A stretch of DNA of 63,596 nt, filler included, from Octopus bimaculoides (Eukaryota): NCBI RefSeq assembly GCF_001194135.2. It is 8 parts of 8 records of this genome, joined end to end, with 100 filler letters (N's around TTAATTAATTAA, not from the genome) between each part and the next. Parts side by side here need not be neighbours in the genome. Positions count along the whole stretch, not along the records: positions 14,764 to 28,094 come from NC_068995.1; positions 28,195 to 31,397 come from NC_069002.1; positions 31,498 to 38,520 come from NC_068981.1; 5 more parts are not named here. One strand, written 5' to 3'. The notes under the pieces were generated by a model. It had not been told where the DNA came from. It was given only the letters and a program-made list of their open reading frames with translations, and searched no databases. Shown one piece after another: positions 24,457 through 37,370 of this stretch (the stretch's first letter is position 1; every line of letters begins with the position of its first letter). The position numbers and the translations under genes were made by a program.

Positions 24457-25871
24457 ACACGTGGTCGCCTCTCTGGCGCGCGCACGTGTGTGTGTGCGTG
24501 TGTGATTATGTTTACACTCTTGCATTCGTTAACATGTTGGGGTCCTATCAGTCAGCCGATCACTCATTTTCCTCGCGCAAATTTAAGAAAACATACTTCC
24601 TATCGGCCGGTTACGTTGTCTTTCAGTTACAGATGTGAGGCAGCTTGATGTTGAATTCCCTGGTATCTCGCTCATATTTAAGATGTCTACTTCCAAGATT
24701 GTGTAAATACTGCACGTATGTCACATCCGCTGATTATTATTAAGTTTCATGATCATCTTGCTTCAAATTTTGGCTCACTTAATTGTCGCGTTGTGCACTT
24801 TATGCCTTTCATCAGTGCTTAACCACAGGCAAAGTATGCTTCCAATCACCAGACCGGAGTATTGCCAACTCTCCTAGTAATCGTTCACTGTGTTTGATGT
24901 TTTGCAGGTAACGATCAATATACACAAAGCTGTGCCTGTGATCTATGATAATCTTATAACTTACCTGCTACATCAATTTTCCAATTGAATAATCAATTAT
25001 GTTGATGCAACTTGAACTTGGAATTTAATGAGCAACTTTTAAATGGGTGGCTGCATTCATAAAAATTGGTGGAGAAGAAGCAATTTATTCTGTGATCGAA
25101 AGTATTCATGCAGTATATTGATGCGTATGTCTTGTCGGTGCCTTCACTTGTCTTTGAATAGAATATTTGGTCTTGATTCTTCTTCACTGAGTTCATCACG
25201 TTTTCAGAAACTAACTGGTGCTCAATATGCAGTGTTACTAGCGCATCTTACACGCGTGTTTCCAGCTACTCAACATCCATTTCTGGTCATTGTAGCTGAA
25301 AGTTCGAATTCAGATTCAATCCACTGAGCTCAAGCTGATTCCAAATATTCAACAGCAGGATGTTTTCGACTAACCTATATTTTCCCTATCATGGAATACC
25401 AGAATATTAACAAGCATAAAATAGAGAAGGCTAATGTAGAGAATTACTATAAGCTGTGGACAAAAATGATCTGATAGCTTATTCCATGTTGTTAGGTTAG
25501 ACATGGTTGTATTCACAGATATTAGAGTTCACTTTCGGTCAGCTTGAATAAGATTGTAATGATCTAATGATTCCGATTCAGCTGTCCTAGCTTGCGTCTT
25601 TGAAGCTCTAGAATTCTGTTGGTGACATGGCACGGTTGTTGATCTTCAGTCCAAGCTGCCAGATATCATCATGTGTAAAAATGAAAGGGCCTAAGGAAGA
25701 GGTTAATTCTTTGGTACTCTTTCTCTCAGTAACGGCCCACAAAATCAAGAAATCATAGCAACCACTTCAGCAGACACGAGTAAGTTCTATTTTATACAGT
25801 TGGCAACATATAGCTTCAGCACGTTGTAAATATGCAGGGTGGTATTTTGAGCGTCCCGATGAACATTTTAA

Positions 25872-26087
25872 CCCTTCAGTATTTAAACCAGCCATATCCG
25901 ACACAAATATTTTACCTGATTTATGTTTAAACTACATCTAGCCTCTTTCGTCTACTCTACAATGTCATTCTAAAATTAATATTTCACATCATATAAATCT
26001 TGATGCTACGAGATATTGCAGGATTAATTCAAAACAATATGGATAAATAAGCATTACGTCTCACAGAATAATCTGAAAGCTAAAAGG
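25872..26087. mobile_element. piggyBac-like MITE
   Basis: TTAA on both sides (25868-25871 and 26088-26091) and imperfect TIRs cccttcagtatt / aaagctaaaagg. Confidence 0.6.
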
Positions 26088-26449
26088 TTAAAACTCATGA
26101 TGTAGACATTGCGCTCATGTAGTGATGTTTGATGTCCAAATCCTGCAATATCTTGGGAATCGGATTGAAGCAGCTTGTTTGCCTATTATGGTCTGTATCA
26201 TTATAAATACAACTGAGAACACTAGTATTAATAATCTTTTTCACTGGCACAGATTCCCTTATATTTTTAAGTCTGGTTTCATTTCGTGCACTCAATGCAA
26301 GCCAAGGCCAGAGCATTATTATAACCCTCTAAGATTCTTTCTAAAAACCTCTTTCCTGGAAATTTAATGCGAAAACATTGGGAAAACAGCACATAGCATA
26401 GTGGATAAAGGAACGCTGGTGGGAGGTCAAGGAGGAGAAAAGCTCGTCA

Positions 26450-26670
26450 GTGTTCTACCAAGATGCTCAATTAGAACATGAAGGATCGATTAATAACATA
26501 AATGTTAAGATATTATCGACATGTAGAACAAATACGACACTCAGATTACGGAAGCCACACATGCACGTAATAAAAGATAGACTGAGGCTTAGCAGAAAAC
26601 ATGAATGGAATAATAAGACCACTCATTCCACGACACTGCGCAACCTGATGACTAAAGACGAAATGAGAAG
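26450..26670 (+). mobile_element. Penelope-like element, GIY-YIG endonuclease C-terminal remnant
   Basis: EHEGSINNINVKILSTCRTNTTLR...LSRKHEWNN resembles PLE C-termini (VKILxxCxxDxxLRQxxEA...LNRKxEW). Judged from memory. Confidence 0.4.
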
Positions 26671-27035
26671 AAAACGAAAAGGGGCGAGATACTAGCAGTA
26701 TTATACATAAACCCATAGACGCACACACAAGACACACATACACACATACTAAAGACAGTAAGAGAAAGAAAAAGAAAATAAATAAATGAATAAATAAAAG
26801 ACACGGTTACAGTGTAGTAAGCAAACCTATTTACGCAAACACAAAACACACACACTAAACACATAGAGAAATGCACGCACACAAACACACACAGAGCTAC
26901 AAGCGCAGACGCATGTGCAGGTAGGAATAAGCAGAACAAGATGAGACAGGTAGGATAGAGAATTACCCAAGAGGTCACAGAATGTATAACGAAAGAGATA
27001 ATAAAGCTGAAGTGAAAACCAAATATATATATATA

Positions 27036-27076
<41 letters not shown>

Positions 27077-28194
27077 TGTGTGTGTGTGTGTGTGATTAAT
27101 TAGAAAATATGACCGTCCCTGGTTTTCTTTTATTGAATGTTAAATAGACCTAAAAAAACTCAGGCATTGAATTTAACCACCTGTCAGTGTGTGACATCTT
27201 TATTTACGTTTAATCATAATAGCTATTTGAACTAATGCAAGTATCTTTCCCCAAAACGTAATGGCACTCTTCTGGCTGTTCTAAACTCTTTAATCAGCGG
27301 TCCAGTACCGCATCTACTTGGCACAACGATTAACACATACGCTAGTCTATTTTCATTTCACAAGTGTGAACACGTTCAGTTTTCCAACAAACTTTTGCTA
27401 ACAAAGGATATTTGAATTTCATGTATTGACTTGTTTCTCAGCTGAACTGGCCAGAACTGGTTACAATTAAAACATATAATTGTTGTTTTACTTATAAAAA
27501 TATATCATTATTTGTAGTGTAATCAAAATAAGGCTATTTTCTTAATGATTACCTACTTACTTTTATTCTCAAAAGAAAAACAACGATGAAACCGCAGTAT
27601 TCCAATATATAAACTAAATTACAAAATTTATATTACATTTTCTATCTTTTTGCCAACTCTGTCATAAAATTCCAATTATATTTCATGGCATTACACAAGC
27701 GCAATGCTAAAAAGGCTAAGTTTCCAGCGAGTTGTGCCAGTTATTCGTTTTCAAAAACTATACTACACAAAATTACTAATGCCCCACGGAAAATATAAAA
27801 TCACATCTTGTGCATATGTAAGAAATCAAAATTATGACTTTAATAACCATGGTGTACATCACTGGTAAAGAAATATCTAACTTTATTGTACGGTACATGA
27901 AGTAACTGAAAACTTAGTTGCAACAATATTATTTCATTGGCTTCATAATGAAGCTAATGGAAATTTTTTCTATTATGTAATTCTTAGACGAGGGTTTTAT
28001 AATTAGGTATGAGGTCAATAATATTCAACGAGCTGCAATCAATATACTTTAGATTCTAAATATATTCAATTACATATATCTGAAAAATATATATNNNNNN
28101 NNNNNNNNNNNNNNNNNNNNNNNNNNNNNNNNNNNNNNTTAATTAATTAANNNNNNNNNNNNNNNNNNNNNNNNNNNNNNNNNNNNNNNNNNNN

Positions 28195-28227
<33 letters not shown>

Positions 28228-28366
28228 TCACTAGTTCCTTGCTATAACGTCCTTGCAAGCAAAACTGTTTTGAAAAGAAACCGTCGCGTGTAACAAGTAC
28301 GATCTGAGAGCAAGTTACGTTAAGTTTAAATTCTTCAAATGACTCCTAAATGTGAACTTTTAGCTA

Positions 28367-29099
28367 CGAGAACTAGTTATGTTTAATGAAACATAACTTA
28401 TTTATCAAAGCTTTTACATCATCGCCTTCGAAATAGTCCCCTTGCGCAGCAATACACCAGTCCCAGTACGATTCGCTCTAGATCTTGACGACGGTGTTCA
28501 AACGGAGACCTTTGAGCTGCATTTTCATCTCGAGGGAGAGATGGAAGTCCGTAGGTGCTAAATCTGGTGAATGGGGGATGCCGAAGCGAAGCCATGTTGC
28601 TATTGGCGAGAAACTCACGAGTGAGGAGAGCCTGGTGACTGGGTGCATTGTCGTTGTGAAGAATCCAGTTTTTAACGTTCCGCAGATCCGGTCGCTTCAA
28701 AACGTTGCAGTTGACCACTTGATTCACGGTTTGGCCCTGAGGGACGAATTCTCGGTACACAATACCACATTTCCGAGGGTGACTCTCGTGGCAGGACTTC
28801 CAAATCTCTCGTCGTCAACCAGAGACGTTCTTCCGCTTTTGAAACGTCCGTACCACTCGAAACATTGCGTACGACCCATTACCTCGTCGCCGTCAGCTTG
28901 CTGAAGCATGCTCAATGTCTCTGTAGCTGGCATCCCAAGTTTAACGCAAAATTTTACATTGGTTCTTTTTTCCCGTCCATGACCAAATCGCAGACTACAG
29001 CGTACACGTGATCACAAAAACACAAATTTCACTACTTGCGAAGTAAACACAGAAATGTCATCCGGCACATTCGTCCAGGAACTTTCTGATACCACTTTG
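28367..29099 (-). mobile_element. Internally deleted mariner
   Basis: ORFs 28724-28933(-) (TQCFEWYGRFKSGRTSLVDDERFG) and 28419-28760(-) (EFVPQGQTVNQ, WILHNDNAPSH) are joined directly. Confidence 0.85.
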
Positions 29100-29714
29100 T
29101 ACCTTTCTTGTTGGATCAGTGCCAGTAATCAAGTCTAGCCATAACATTTTAGAGTAGTAGTGGGTCTATGCTGCAAGAGATGCTGGCAACTAAATCCAAT
29201 AAATGAATAGATACAAGAAAAACTTTCATGTGTAACTTTGAATGCTCTTAGACTCTCAGAACTATCAGTGTTTTTCCAATATGAAGAAAGATGGAAATCA
29301 AGAAATGACAAAACATTGGTCTCAGAATGTTCGAAGATTTGGTGAAGTGCAAACAGAAACAATTGAACGCAACCTCTTCTACCAGATATGCAAAGAATAC
29401 GTCAAGGAATATTATGGTATGGGCTTCCTTGACAACAACACCAAAGAATTCCACTGTATTTCTCTTCGAGTTGTTAACTTTACATTGAAGCTATCACAGA
29501 CACAAGTCTTCAAAACAGTTCAAGTGTAAGCACCAATATTTACAAGTCTTTAAAAATATCTGAGATTATTCTGTGAAGAGATTAATGAGGCAATGATTAT
29601 CACAAAACCATCACAGCAGTTTAATAGAAGAGATTTGTGTCATGATTGGGCAAGATGAGGACCGTGACGAGATGAGAGAAATGGCATTGGACACGATGTA
29701 ATAAATTTCAATGG

Positions 29715-30044
29715 CTACCGTGCTTGATTGTGTCTTTGTACTGTTTGAATACTCTCCCTAATCTTCTGATTTGACCCCATCTGACTACCATCTGTTCCCC
29801 AACACGAAAGAACGCTTGGCTGGGAACCAGTATCGCAGTGATGATGACGTCATATCTACTGTTGATGACTTTTTGACCAACAGGATGGAAGCTTCTTCAC
29901 CAATGGGATCCAAACACTGCAACACCGATGGAAGAAGTGTGCGGCCTGCAAGGGGTGGGGACTATGCTGAAAAATAAAGTTCATTTGGTCACATTCCATG
30001 AGGCTATCTTGGTCAGCCTATGATCTTTTCAGCCGGCCCTCGTA
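29715..30044 (+). mobile_element. Mariner 3' fragment
   Basis: YSP...PSDYHLFPNTKERLAGNQYRSDDDVI, ending in TIR-like cttttcagccggccctcg-ta. Confidence 0.8.
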
Positions 30045-30183
30045 ATACAGTGAGTTAGTTTGCATTATAATAATTAAAGACTCAATTGTTTGAAATGGTG
30101 CAGTAATTAACAAATTCAAAGACAGCGATTACGGAATCGTAAATTGTATTTAAAAAAGAGAGAAAAATCTAAAAATCTATTTT

Positions 30184-30251
30184 ATTACAACATTACTGAG
30201 GATCGCCGAGGGCCGAACGGATCATTTGTAAGCCTGGTTTAATGTTGTAAT
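30184..30251 (+). ncRNA. Degenerate type I hammerhead-like motif with a perfect 12-bp stem I
   Basis: attacaacatta-CTGAGGA-t-cgcc gag ggcc-GAAC-...cctg-GTT-taatgttgtaat. GAAA has lost an A. Confidence 0.4.
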
Positions 30252-30599
30252 GACTAAACAACAAACTGTTTAACGAATTTTTAACAAGAACCTAGTAAAA
30301 GCTCTCATTGAAATAGTTGAAGATTTCAGGAAAATGTGTGAGGAAAACAATAAGAACTTATCATAGGAAACCTCACAAGTGATTGAGAAAAAAGCGAACA
30401 AACGAACAAAAAATTAAAGCAAACGCAACTTAAAGGTAGGATAGAAGCTGTAGAGGTGTATAAAGAGATAAAAAGACAAGACAATAACAAGTGAGCAAAG
30501 AAAGAATTTAAATCTGCTGAAGAAAGTAAGCAAAGTAAAATACTGATTTGGTGTATTGAAAGAAGATGGAACCAATACCGGATAGAGAAATAAGCTCGC

Positions 30600-31000
30600 A
30601 GAAATAACAATGGTGCTTAACCAAAACTATAGCCCATTGGCAAAAACAACAATCTTACAGAGGAAAACATTATTGAAGATACAACGACACCTGTTACAAG
30701 TTGCAGAAATCACACACCATATAATGTCGCCAATAGAAAAAAGAGATAAAGATCAAGAGTAAGACATGATCCTACCCGATATCTTAAAAGACGTCTGAGA
30801 AGCTATACTAAAGCACCTTGGCAAATTCTTTATCGCTTTCTTCAGGAAAGGCAAAATTCTTAAAATATGACGCAATGTCAATCTCCTACATAAAAATAGA
30901 GTTTAAATAGAGTTTAAAGACCAAACTATTTACCTAAAAGCTTTTCTAAATGTCATGTTCAAGTTATTCGCAGAGATGTTGACAAAGAATCAACAAAGAA
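30600..31000 (+). mobile_element. Highly degenerate RTE-like RT fragment
   Basis: Traces of LLHKN...L.VMFKLFAEML typical of RT domains 1-2. Confidence 0.35.
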
Positions 31001-31009
31001 TTAGAGGAA

Positions 31010-31397
31010 ATTCAAGTTCAAGGTGCAGCCATCGGCGTCGGTGTAGCTGGAGACGTGGCCGGCCTCTTCATGACCTGGTGGGACAGAAAACTCAAACATA
31101 GGTTAGCAGAACAGTCCACAACTCTTCTACTTTACAGAAGATATGTAGATGACATTAATATCATAGTTAGGACCAACTCTAGTGACTGTCATGTAGAAAC
31201 AGAAAGGAACGTAATGGAGAGCATCCAGCAAATAGCTAACTCCATCCACCAAAGTATCAAGGTAACTATAGATTACCCGACTAAACACCCCAACAATATG
31301 CTCCCGGTACTTGATACTGAACTTTGGTTAGAGACTGTGAACAATAGAGTGCAGCTCCTCCACTCATATTATATGAAACCCATAGCTTCAAAACATG
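31010..31397 (+). mobile_element. Penelope-like element reverse transcriptase fragment
   Basis: QVQGAAIGVGVAGDVAGLFMTWWD...LYRRYVDDI...NSIHQSIKVTIDY...LPVLD...YYMKP, a PLE-type RT with YVDD. Open to the gap. Confidence 0.75.
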
Positions 31398-31497
31398 NNN
31401 NNNNNNNNNNNNNNNNNNNNNNNNNNNNNNNNNNNNNNNNNTTAATTAATTAANNNNNNNNNNNNNNNNNNNNNNNNNNNNNNNNNNNNNNNNNNNN

Positions 31498-31573
<76 letters not shown>

Positions 31574-32180
31574 CCTCTCTCTCCCTCTCTATCTATCTGT
31601 CTATCTATCTCTCTTTCTATCCCCCTCTGTCTCTCTCTCATTCTCTCTTGCAGTCGGACTATCTCTGAAAAAAAAGCAGGTTGTGACCAGACCTAGTACC
31701 CAAGCCACACAGCGGTGCACATACGACTCTACAGAGACTTGAAGACATTAAACAAAATAAGTACCTCCTTAGGGCATCAAGGGGTACCCCCAGAAATGGA
31801 AAATGGTCTACGGCACAAAAGAAATCACTTTAAACTTGCGAAGAAAATATTCGAAGTGGTTTATACGATTGGAAATATAATTTCAAAATGTTCCATACTC
31901 GCCGCGGCGTCCCCTTCATCATTTCGGCATTGGAGAATCGTCTCGCCGGCGATTGGAATTTTAGATCCAACAAGGCTTATGCAGCTCCTCACAGACCCTC
32001 TTCGCCCTACTGATATGATCCAAGGATAATCCAAGACAAGATAATGAGCGCCAATATGGATCTCAGACTCGGGAGTGTAGGAGTGTCATGATCTCAAGCG
32101 CAAACAAAAGATCCCAAAAATGTTCAATGCCATTCTCTGCCATACATACATACGCATATCTATACATGTATAAAAGCATT

Positions 32181-32602
32181 CTTTTACTCTTTTACTCTTT
32201 TACTTGTTTCAGTCTTTTGACTGTGGCCATGCTGGAGCACCGCCTTTAGTCGAGCAAATCGACCCCAGGACTTATTCTTTAGAAGCCTAGTACTTATTCT
32301 ATCGATCTCTTTTGCCGAACCGCTAAGTTACGGGGACATAAACACACCAGCATCGGTTGTCAAGCGATGATAGGGGGGACAAACACACACATACAAACAT
32401 ATACACACACATACATATATATATATATATACATATATAAGACGGGCTTCTTTCAGTTTCCGTCTACCAAATCCACTCACAAGGCTTTGGTCGGCCCGAG
32501 GCTATAGTAGAAGACACTTGCCCAAGATGCCAGGCAGTGGGACTGAACCCGGGACCATGTGGTTGGTAAGCTAGCTACTTACCACACAGCCACGCCTGCG
32601 CC
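32181..32602 (-). mobile_element. SINE family A, full length
   Basis: Head ggcgcaggcgtggctgtgtggtaag, B-box-like ggttcagtccc and tail (aaaagagt)n. Confidence 0.9.
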
Positions 32603-32615
32603 TAAGCACGCTTAA

Positions 32616-32823
32616 GTATTCTTTTCTACTCTAGGCACAAGGCTCGAAATTTTGGGGGGAGGGGCTAGTCGATTAGACCAGCCCTAGTAAGCAACCTGTA
32701 CTTAACTTATCGACCCCGAAAGGATGAAAGGCAAAGTCGACCTTGGCGAAATTTGAACTCAGAACATAAAGACAGACGAAATACTGCTAAGCATTTCGCC
32801 CGGCGTGCTAACGATTCTGCCAG
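32616..32823 (-). mobile_element. SINE family B, near full length
   Basis: Head ctggcagaatcgttagcacgccgggcg and gagttcaaatt B-box. The 3' part matches 1744-1835. Confidence 0.8.
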
Positions 32824-33084
32824 TTTGTATAGTTTGATATTAAAACGGCAAAACATTAATTGATGAAACGTTTCAGTACATTTAGGTGGAGTATCAAATG
32901 TACTTTGACGAGAAAACGGTTGAGAGTGACTTCGAAGCGTGACTGATCGTTTACTTTGTTTTATATCTTAATATGATACTCTACTTATATATATGTTTCA
33001 GATTTCACTTCAAAATGTTCGCAATCTTAATATATAACTACTAAAAAGACAGATTAATAAATTGCATGTACGTATATGCATGTA

Positions 33085-33123
<39 letters not shown>

Positions 33124-33229
33124 ATCCCTCGACTGTCGCGGATGTTACGTTCGAAGCGCACACACACACACACCCGTGATAGAGTAGTGAAAATCCGCGA
33201 AGTAGAAACAGTACTGAACTGTATATATA

Positions 33230-33870
33230 TATAGGAAACCCTAGCCTGTATATATAGGAAACCCTAGCCTACGGGCGCAATTGCGCCCACGAGACCGTTT
33301 TATTGTGACCGCAAGCTGATATACTCACATATACAAAATATAGTAAATTTTTCAATCAAAATTTATAGAATATTCGTATACCTATTTGCGACATAGATCG
33401 CGTTTTCACTATGACTTGAAATGGTCAGAAATCGTCCGGTAATTGCCATTTGAATGGAAATTTTGCTTTCACTATAAAACATATATCGCTAGGTTTGTAC
33501 TTCCCCCTTGAGACCCAACTACATTAGCTGAAAGAAATAGAATGCGTCATAAGTAATATAAATGTCCTAAATTCAGTGGCGGCGTTAATGAAGATGTTAC
33601 GCGCTAATTTAATATATTAAACTTATCTTTATTAATGTATATCGAATTATATATAGGCACATACAAGATTTACACAGATATAAGAGTTAGGACCTGTGAT
33701 CTGCCTGAGGACCTTTTCCTTAGGAAAGTTTTTGCCCGCCGCGTTTTAAAGTTTCTCCATCTCTAGCTTAAATGATAAACCGCGATAGGTTGAACAGCGC
33801 TATGTGAATCGCGATAGGTGAACAGCGATAGGTGAACCGCGATAAGTGAACCGCAATATGATGAAGGATT
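33230..33870 (+). mobile_element. Probable Helentron-associated non-autonomous element
   Basis: ctag followed by the perfect palindrome gggcgcaattgcgccc (33273-33288). Tandem gcgata(g/a)gtgaac(c/a) repeats near the 3' end. Confidence 0.35.
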
Positions 33871-33935
33871 ACTATATACATATAAATGTGTGTCTGTATA
33901 ACGTGCGTTGGTGCATGTATTTGTATTATGTGCGC

Positions 33936-33978
<43 letters not shown>

Positions 33979-34122
33979 NNNNNNNNNNNNNNNNNNNNNN
34001 NNNNNNNNNNNNNNNNNNNNNNNNNNNNNNNNNNNNNNNNNNNNNNNNNNNNNNNNNNNNNNNNNNNNNNNNNNNNNNNNNNNNNNNNNNNNNNNNNNNN
34101 NNNNNNNNNNNNNCCATCGTCC

Positions 34123-34166
34123 AACTGTCCGACGATGGCTTAACTGGCTGACACTTCGAAGTTACT
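34123..34166 (+). ncRNA. Degenerate hammerhead-like motif; half copy at 36183-36236
   Basis: CCGACGA-t-ggc ttaactg gct-GACAC-ttcgaa-GTT. The 36k copy reads ggcc-GAAAC-ttcgaa-GTC-actatc, with palindromic stem III acttcgaagt. Confidence 0.3.
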
Positions 34167-35455
34167 GCCAATAATATTCTTGCTTAAGAATAATAAGTAT
34201 ACATACATACGTACACACACACATACATAAATACATACATAGACGCGCATTATTTATGTGTTTGTGTATATAAATATAGCCATGTATGTAATATATATAC
34301 TCACACATACATACATGCATACATACACACGTACATGCACGCATAAATGCACACATACATGCATGCATACATACATAGGATCTATTCCATGGATCATACA
34401 CACATACACACATAGATACACATACACGCATACACACATATACATACATTCATACATATATACACACATACATACACATATAAGCATACATACATACACA
34501 CACACGCATACATACTTACATACATACACACACACAAACATACATACATAGGCATACATACATAAACATACATTTATAATCCATACCGAGTATGATGTTA
34601 CATAATTAAAGATTTGTCTGACGTCGATCGAGAAAGTTTTGTGAATTTTACGCTTGATGTTGACACAGCTGGGAAACATATACTGCAGTGATCCAAGATG
34701 ACCTTAGCCATGGCTAAACAAACTATTGAACTTTTAAAGAAGAAAAAAAGGTGGGGGGGGGCTCTTTAGAAACAGGCGGGGAAACTGAAGAAGGGGAAGT
34801 GTGAGGTATAAGAAAGCGAAATGCAAATATTAGTCTAGACGTAAAACTGGAACGTTCATAAGGGTGTACGTTAGTAGGAGGGCAAAGGTCTTGATGGCAG
34901 TCAATTAGTTTATGACTGAGCTTTGGCTGTTAGCTGTCTGTGAAGAAGAGTTCTACATATGTTCTTCCTGATTTTTGCGGCAGGAAAAGATATGGCGATA
35001 CAACAACACCGCAGCTGTGTATATGTGTACGTACGTAGCTATGGATGTATGCACGGAGGAGAGAGGAGGAACGCGTGTGCGAGTATAAATATATGTATGA
35101 ATCATACGAATGTATGTATGTACGTGTGCGCGTGTGTGTGTATGTGTGTGTATGTAAGTATGCATACATCTATGCAGGTATGTAATTATGTAAGTGTGCA
35201 TAAATATATATATATATAGATATATATATATGCAAGTATGTATGTGTGTATGTATGTATCTGATCGTACAGGGATAAAATATTAACTAGTATGAGCGTAT
35301 ATGTATGTATGTTTTCCATTTGTTTCTCTTGTTGTTGGCGTAGTGAACTAAAATGTTTTCGTATTTCATGTTGTTTACTGTTCGTGACGTCCTCTACCCA
35401 TATATACATGTAGCCACAAAACCTTTTTTATTTTCTCTCCCTGTTTATTTGTGTT

Positions 35456-35493
35456 CCTTTCTGTCAAAGAGCGTAGGCTCGAAACGTAAAAGA
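35456..35493 (+). ncRNA. Variant-core minimal hammerhead-like motif in a PLE-type terminal repeat
   Basis: ccttt-CTGTCAA-a-gagc gtag gctc-GAAAC-GTA-aaaga. The downstream ~70 bp resemble the copies at 50035 and 61231. Confidence 0.45.
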
Positions 35494-35908
35494 CAGTTTC
35501 ACTTCCCGAGCGTTAAACTAATACATCTCTTTGTTGTTTACACACCCGTTTTCATCTTCTTCTTTTTTTTGTAAAATCCAACTATATATATATATATATA
35601 TATATATNNNNNNNNNNNNNNNNNNNNNNNNNNNNNNNNNNNNNNNNNNNNNNNNNNNNNNNNNNNNNNNNNNNNNNNNNNNNNNNNNNNNNNNNNNNNN
35701 NNNNNNNNNNNNNNNNNNNNNNNNNNNNNNNNNNNNNNNNNNNNNNNNNNNNNNNNNNNNNNNNNNNNNNNNNNNNNNNNNNNNNNNNNNNNNNNNNNNN
35801 NNNNNNNNNNNNNNNNNNNNNNNNNNNNNNNNNNNNNNNNNNNNNNNNNNNNNNNNNNNNNNNNNNNNNNNNNNNNNNNNNNNNNNNNNNNNNNNNNNNN
35901 NNNNNNNC

Positions 35909-36183
35909 CCCAAGACTTATTCTTTGTAGGTCTAGTACTTATTCTAACGATCGTTTTTGCCGAACCGCTAAGTTACGGGAACATAAACACACGAGCATCG
36001 GTTTTCAAGCGATGTTGCAGGGACAAACACAAACATATATATGTATATATATGTGTGTGTGTGACAGGCTTCTTTTCAGTTTCCGTCTACCAAATCCACT
36101 CACAAGGCTTTGGTCGGCCCGAGGCTATGAAAGAAAACACTGCCCAAGGTGGTACACAGACGCAGTGGGACTGAACCCGGAAC
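35909..36183 (-). mobile_element. SINE family A, partial
   Basis: Shared family A blocks. Confidence 0.75.
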
Positions 36184-36514
36184 TTAACTGGCCGAAACTA
36201 CGTGAGCTGAACTGGCCGAAACTTCGAAGTCACTATCAATAATATTCTTATTTAAGAATACTAAATTTGTATTCTACAAACGTATAGAATAACACATTAA
36301 ATTAATGTAAAATTGTTTTTTTTATTATAACTCTCCTTGAAAAGAAATGCTAACATTTTATATCTGAGTGCATGTGTGTGTGTTCGTGCGTGCGTGCGTG
36401 CGCGCACGCTTGTGTCTGCCTGTATGTATGTATATCTGTGCGTACATAATGTATATGCATCCATATACACTATGTGAATATATATATAAATATATTTGCA
36501 TAAATAGTGATGTG

Positions 36515-36561
<47 letters not shown>

Positions 36562-36936
36562 NNNNNNNNNNNNNNNNNNNNNNNNNNNNNNNNNNNNNNN
36601 NNNNNNNNNNNNNNNNNNNNNNNNNNNNNNNNNNNNNNNNNNNNNNNNNNNNNNNNNNNNNNNNNNNNNNNNNNNNNNNNNNNNNNNNNNNNNNNNNNNN
36701 NNNNNNNNNNNNNNNNNNNNNNNNNNNNNNNNNNNNNNNNNNNNNNNNNNNNNNNNNNNNNNNNNNNNNNNNNNNNNNNNNNNNNNNNNNNNNNNNNNNN
36801 NNNNNNNNNNNNNNNNNNNNNNNNNNNNNNNNNNNNNNNNNNNNNNNNNNNNNNNNNNNNNNNNNNNNNNNNNNNNNNNNNNNNNNNNNNNNNNNNNNNN
36901 NNNNNNNNNNNNNNNNNNNNNNNNNNNNNNNNNNNN

Positions 36937-36968
<32 letters not shown>

Positions 36969-36990
36969 ATAACAGAATATATATATTTTT

Positions 36991-37370
36991 TTTTACTCAT
37001 TTATTTGTTTCAGTCGTCTGACTGCGGCCATGCGGGAGCACCGCCTTTAAGCGAACAAATCGACCCCAAGACTTATCCTTTGCAAGCCTAGTACTTATTC
37101 TATCGGTCTCTTTGCCGAACCGCCAATTTACGGGGACTTAAACACACCAACATCGGTCGCCAAGTGATGGTGGCAGGACAAACATAGACACACAAACACA
37201 CACACATATATACGACGGGCTTCTTTCAGTTTCCGTCTACCAAATCCGCTCACAAGGCTTTGGTCGGCCTGAGGCTATAGTAGAAGACATCTGCCCAAGG
37301 TGCCACGCTGTGGGACTGAATCCGGAACCATGTGGTTGGACAGCAATCTTCTTACCACACAGCCACTCCT
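36991..37370 (-). mobile_element. SINE family A, near full length
   Basis: Shared family A blocks. Confidence 0.85.

Noticed and set aside
24800-25750. Possible hAT dimerisation-domain remnant on the minus strand
   Set aside because: Only a short RRIKTKY-like trace among stops; too weak to call.
26645-26664. ctgatga-ctaaagac-gaaat as a hammerhead
   Set aside because: Stem II cannot form properly and no NUH or stem I partner follows. At most a relic.
31715-32029. 104-aa ORF after the PLE RT
   Set aside because: No recognisable motif. It is separated from the RT by a gap and cannot be assigned without a homology search.
33703-33735. ctgagga...gaaag as a hammerhead
   Set aside because: No independent stem II or stem I pairing.
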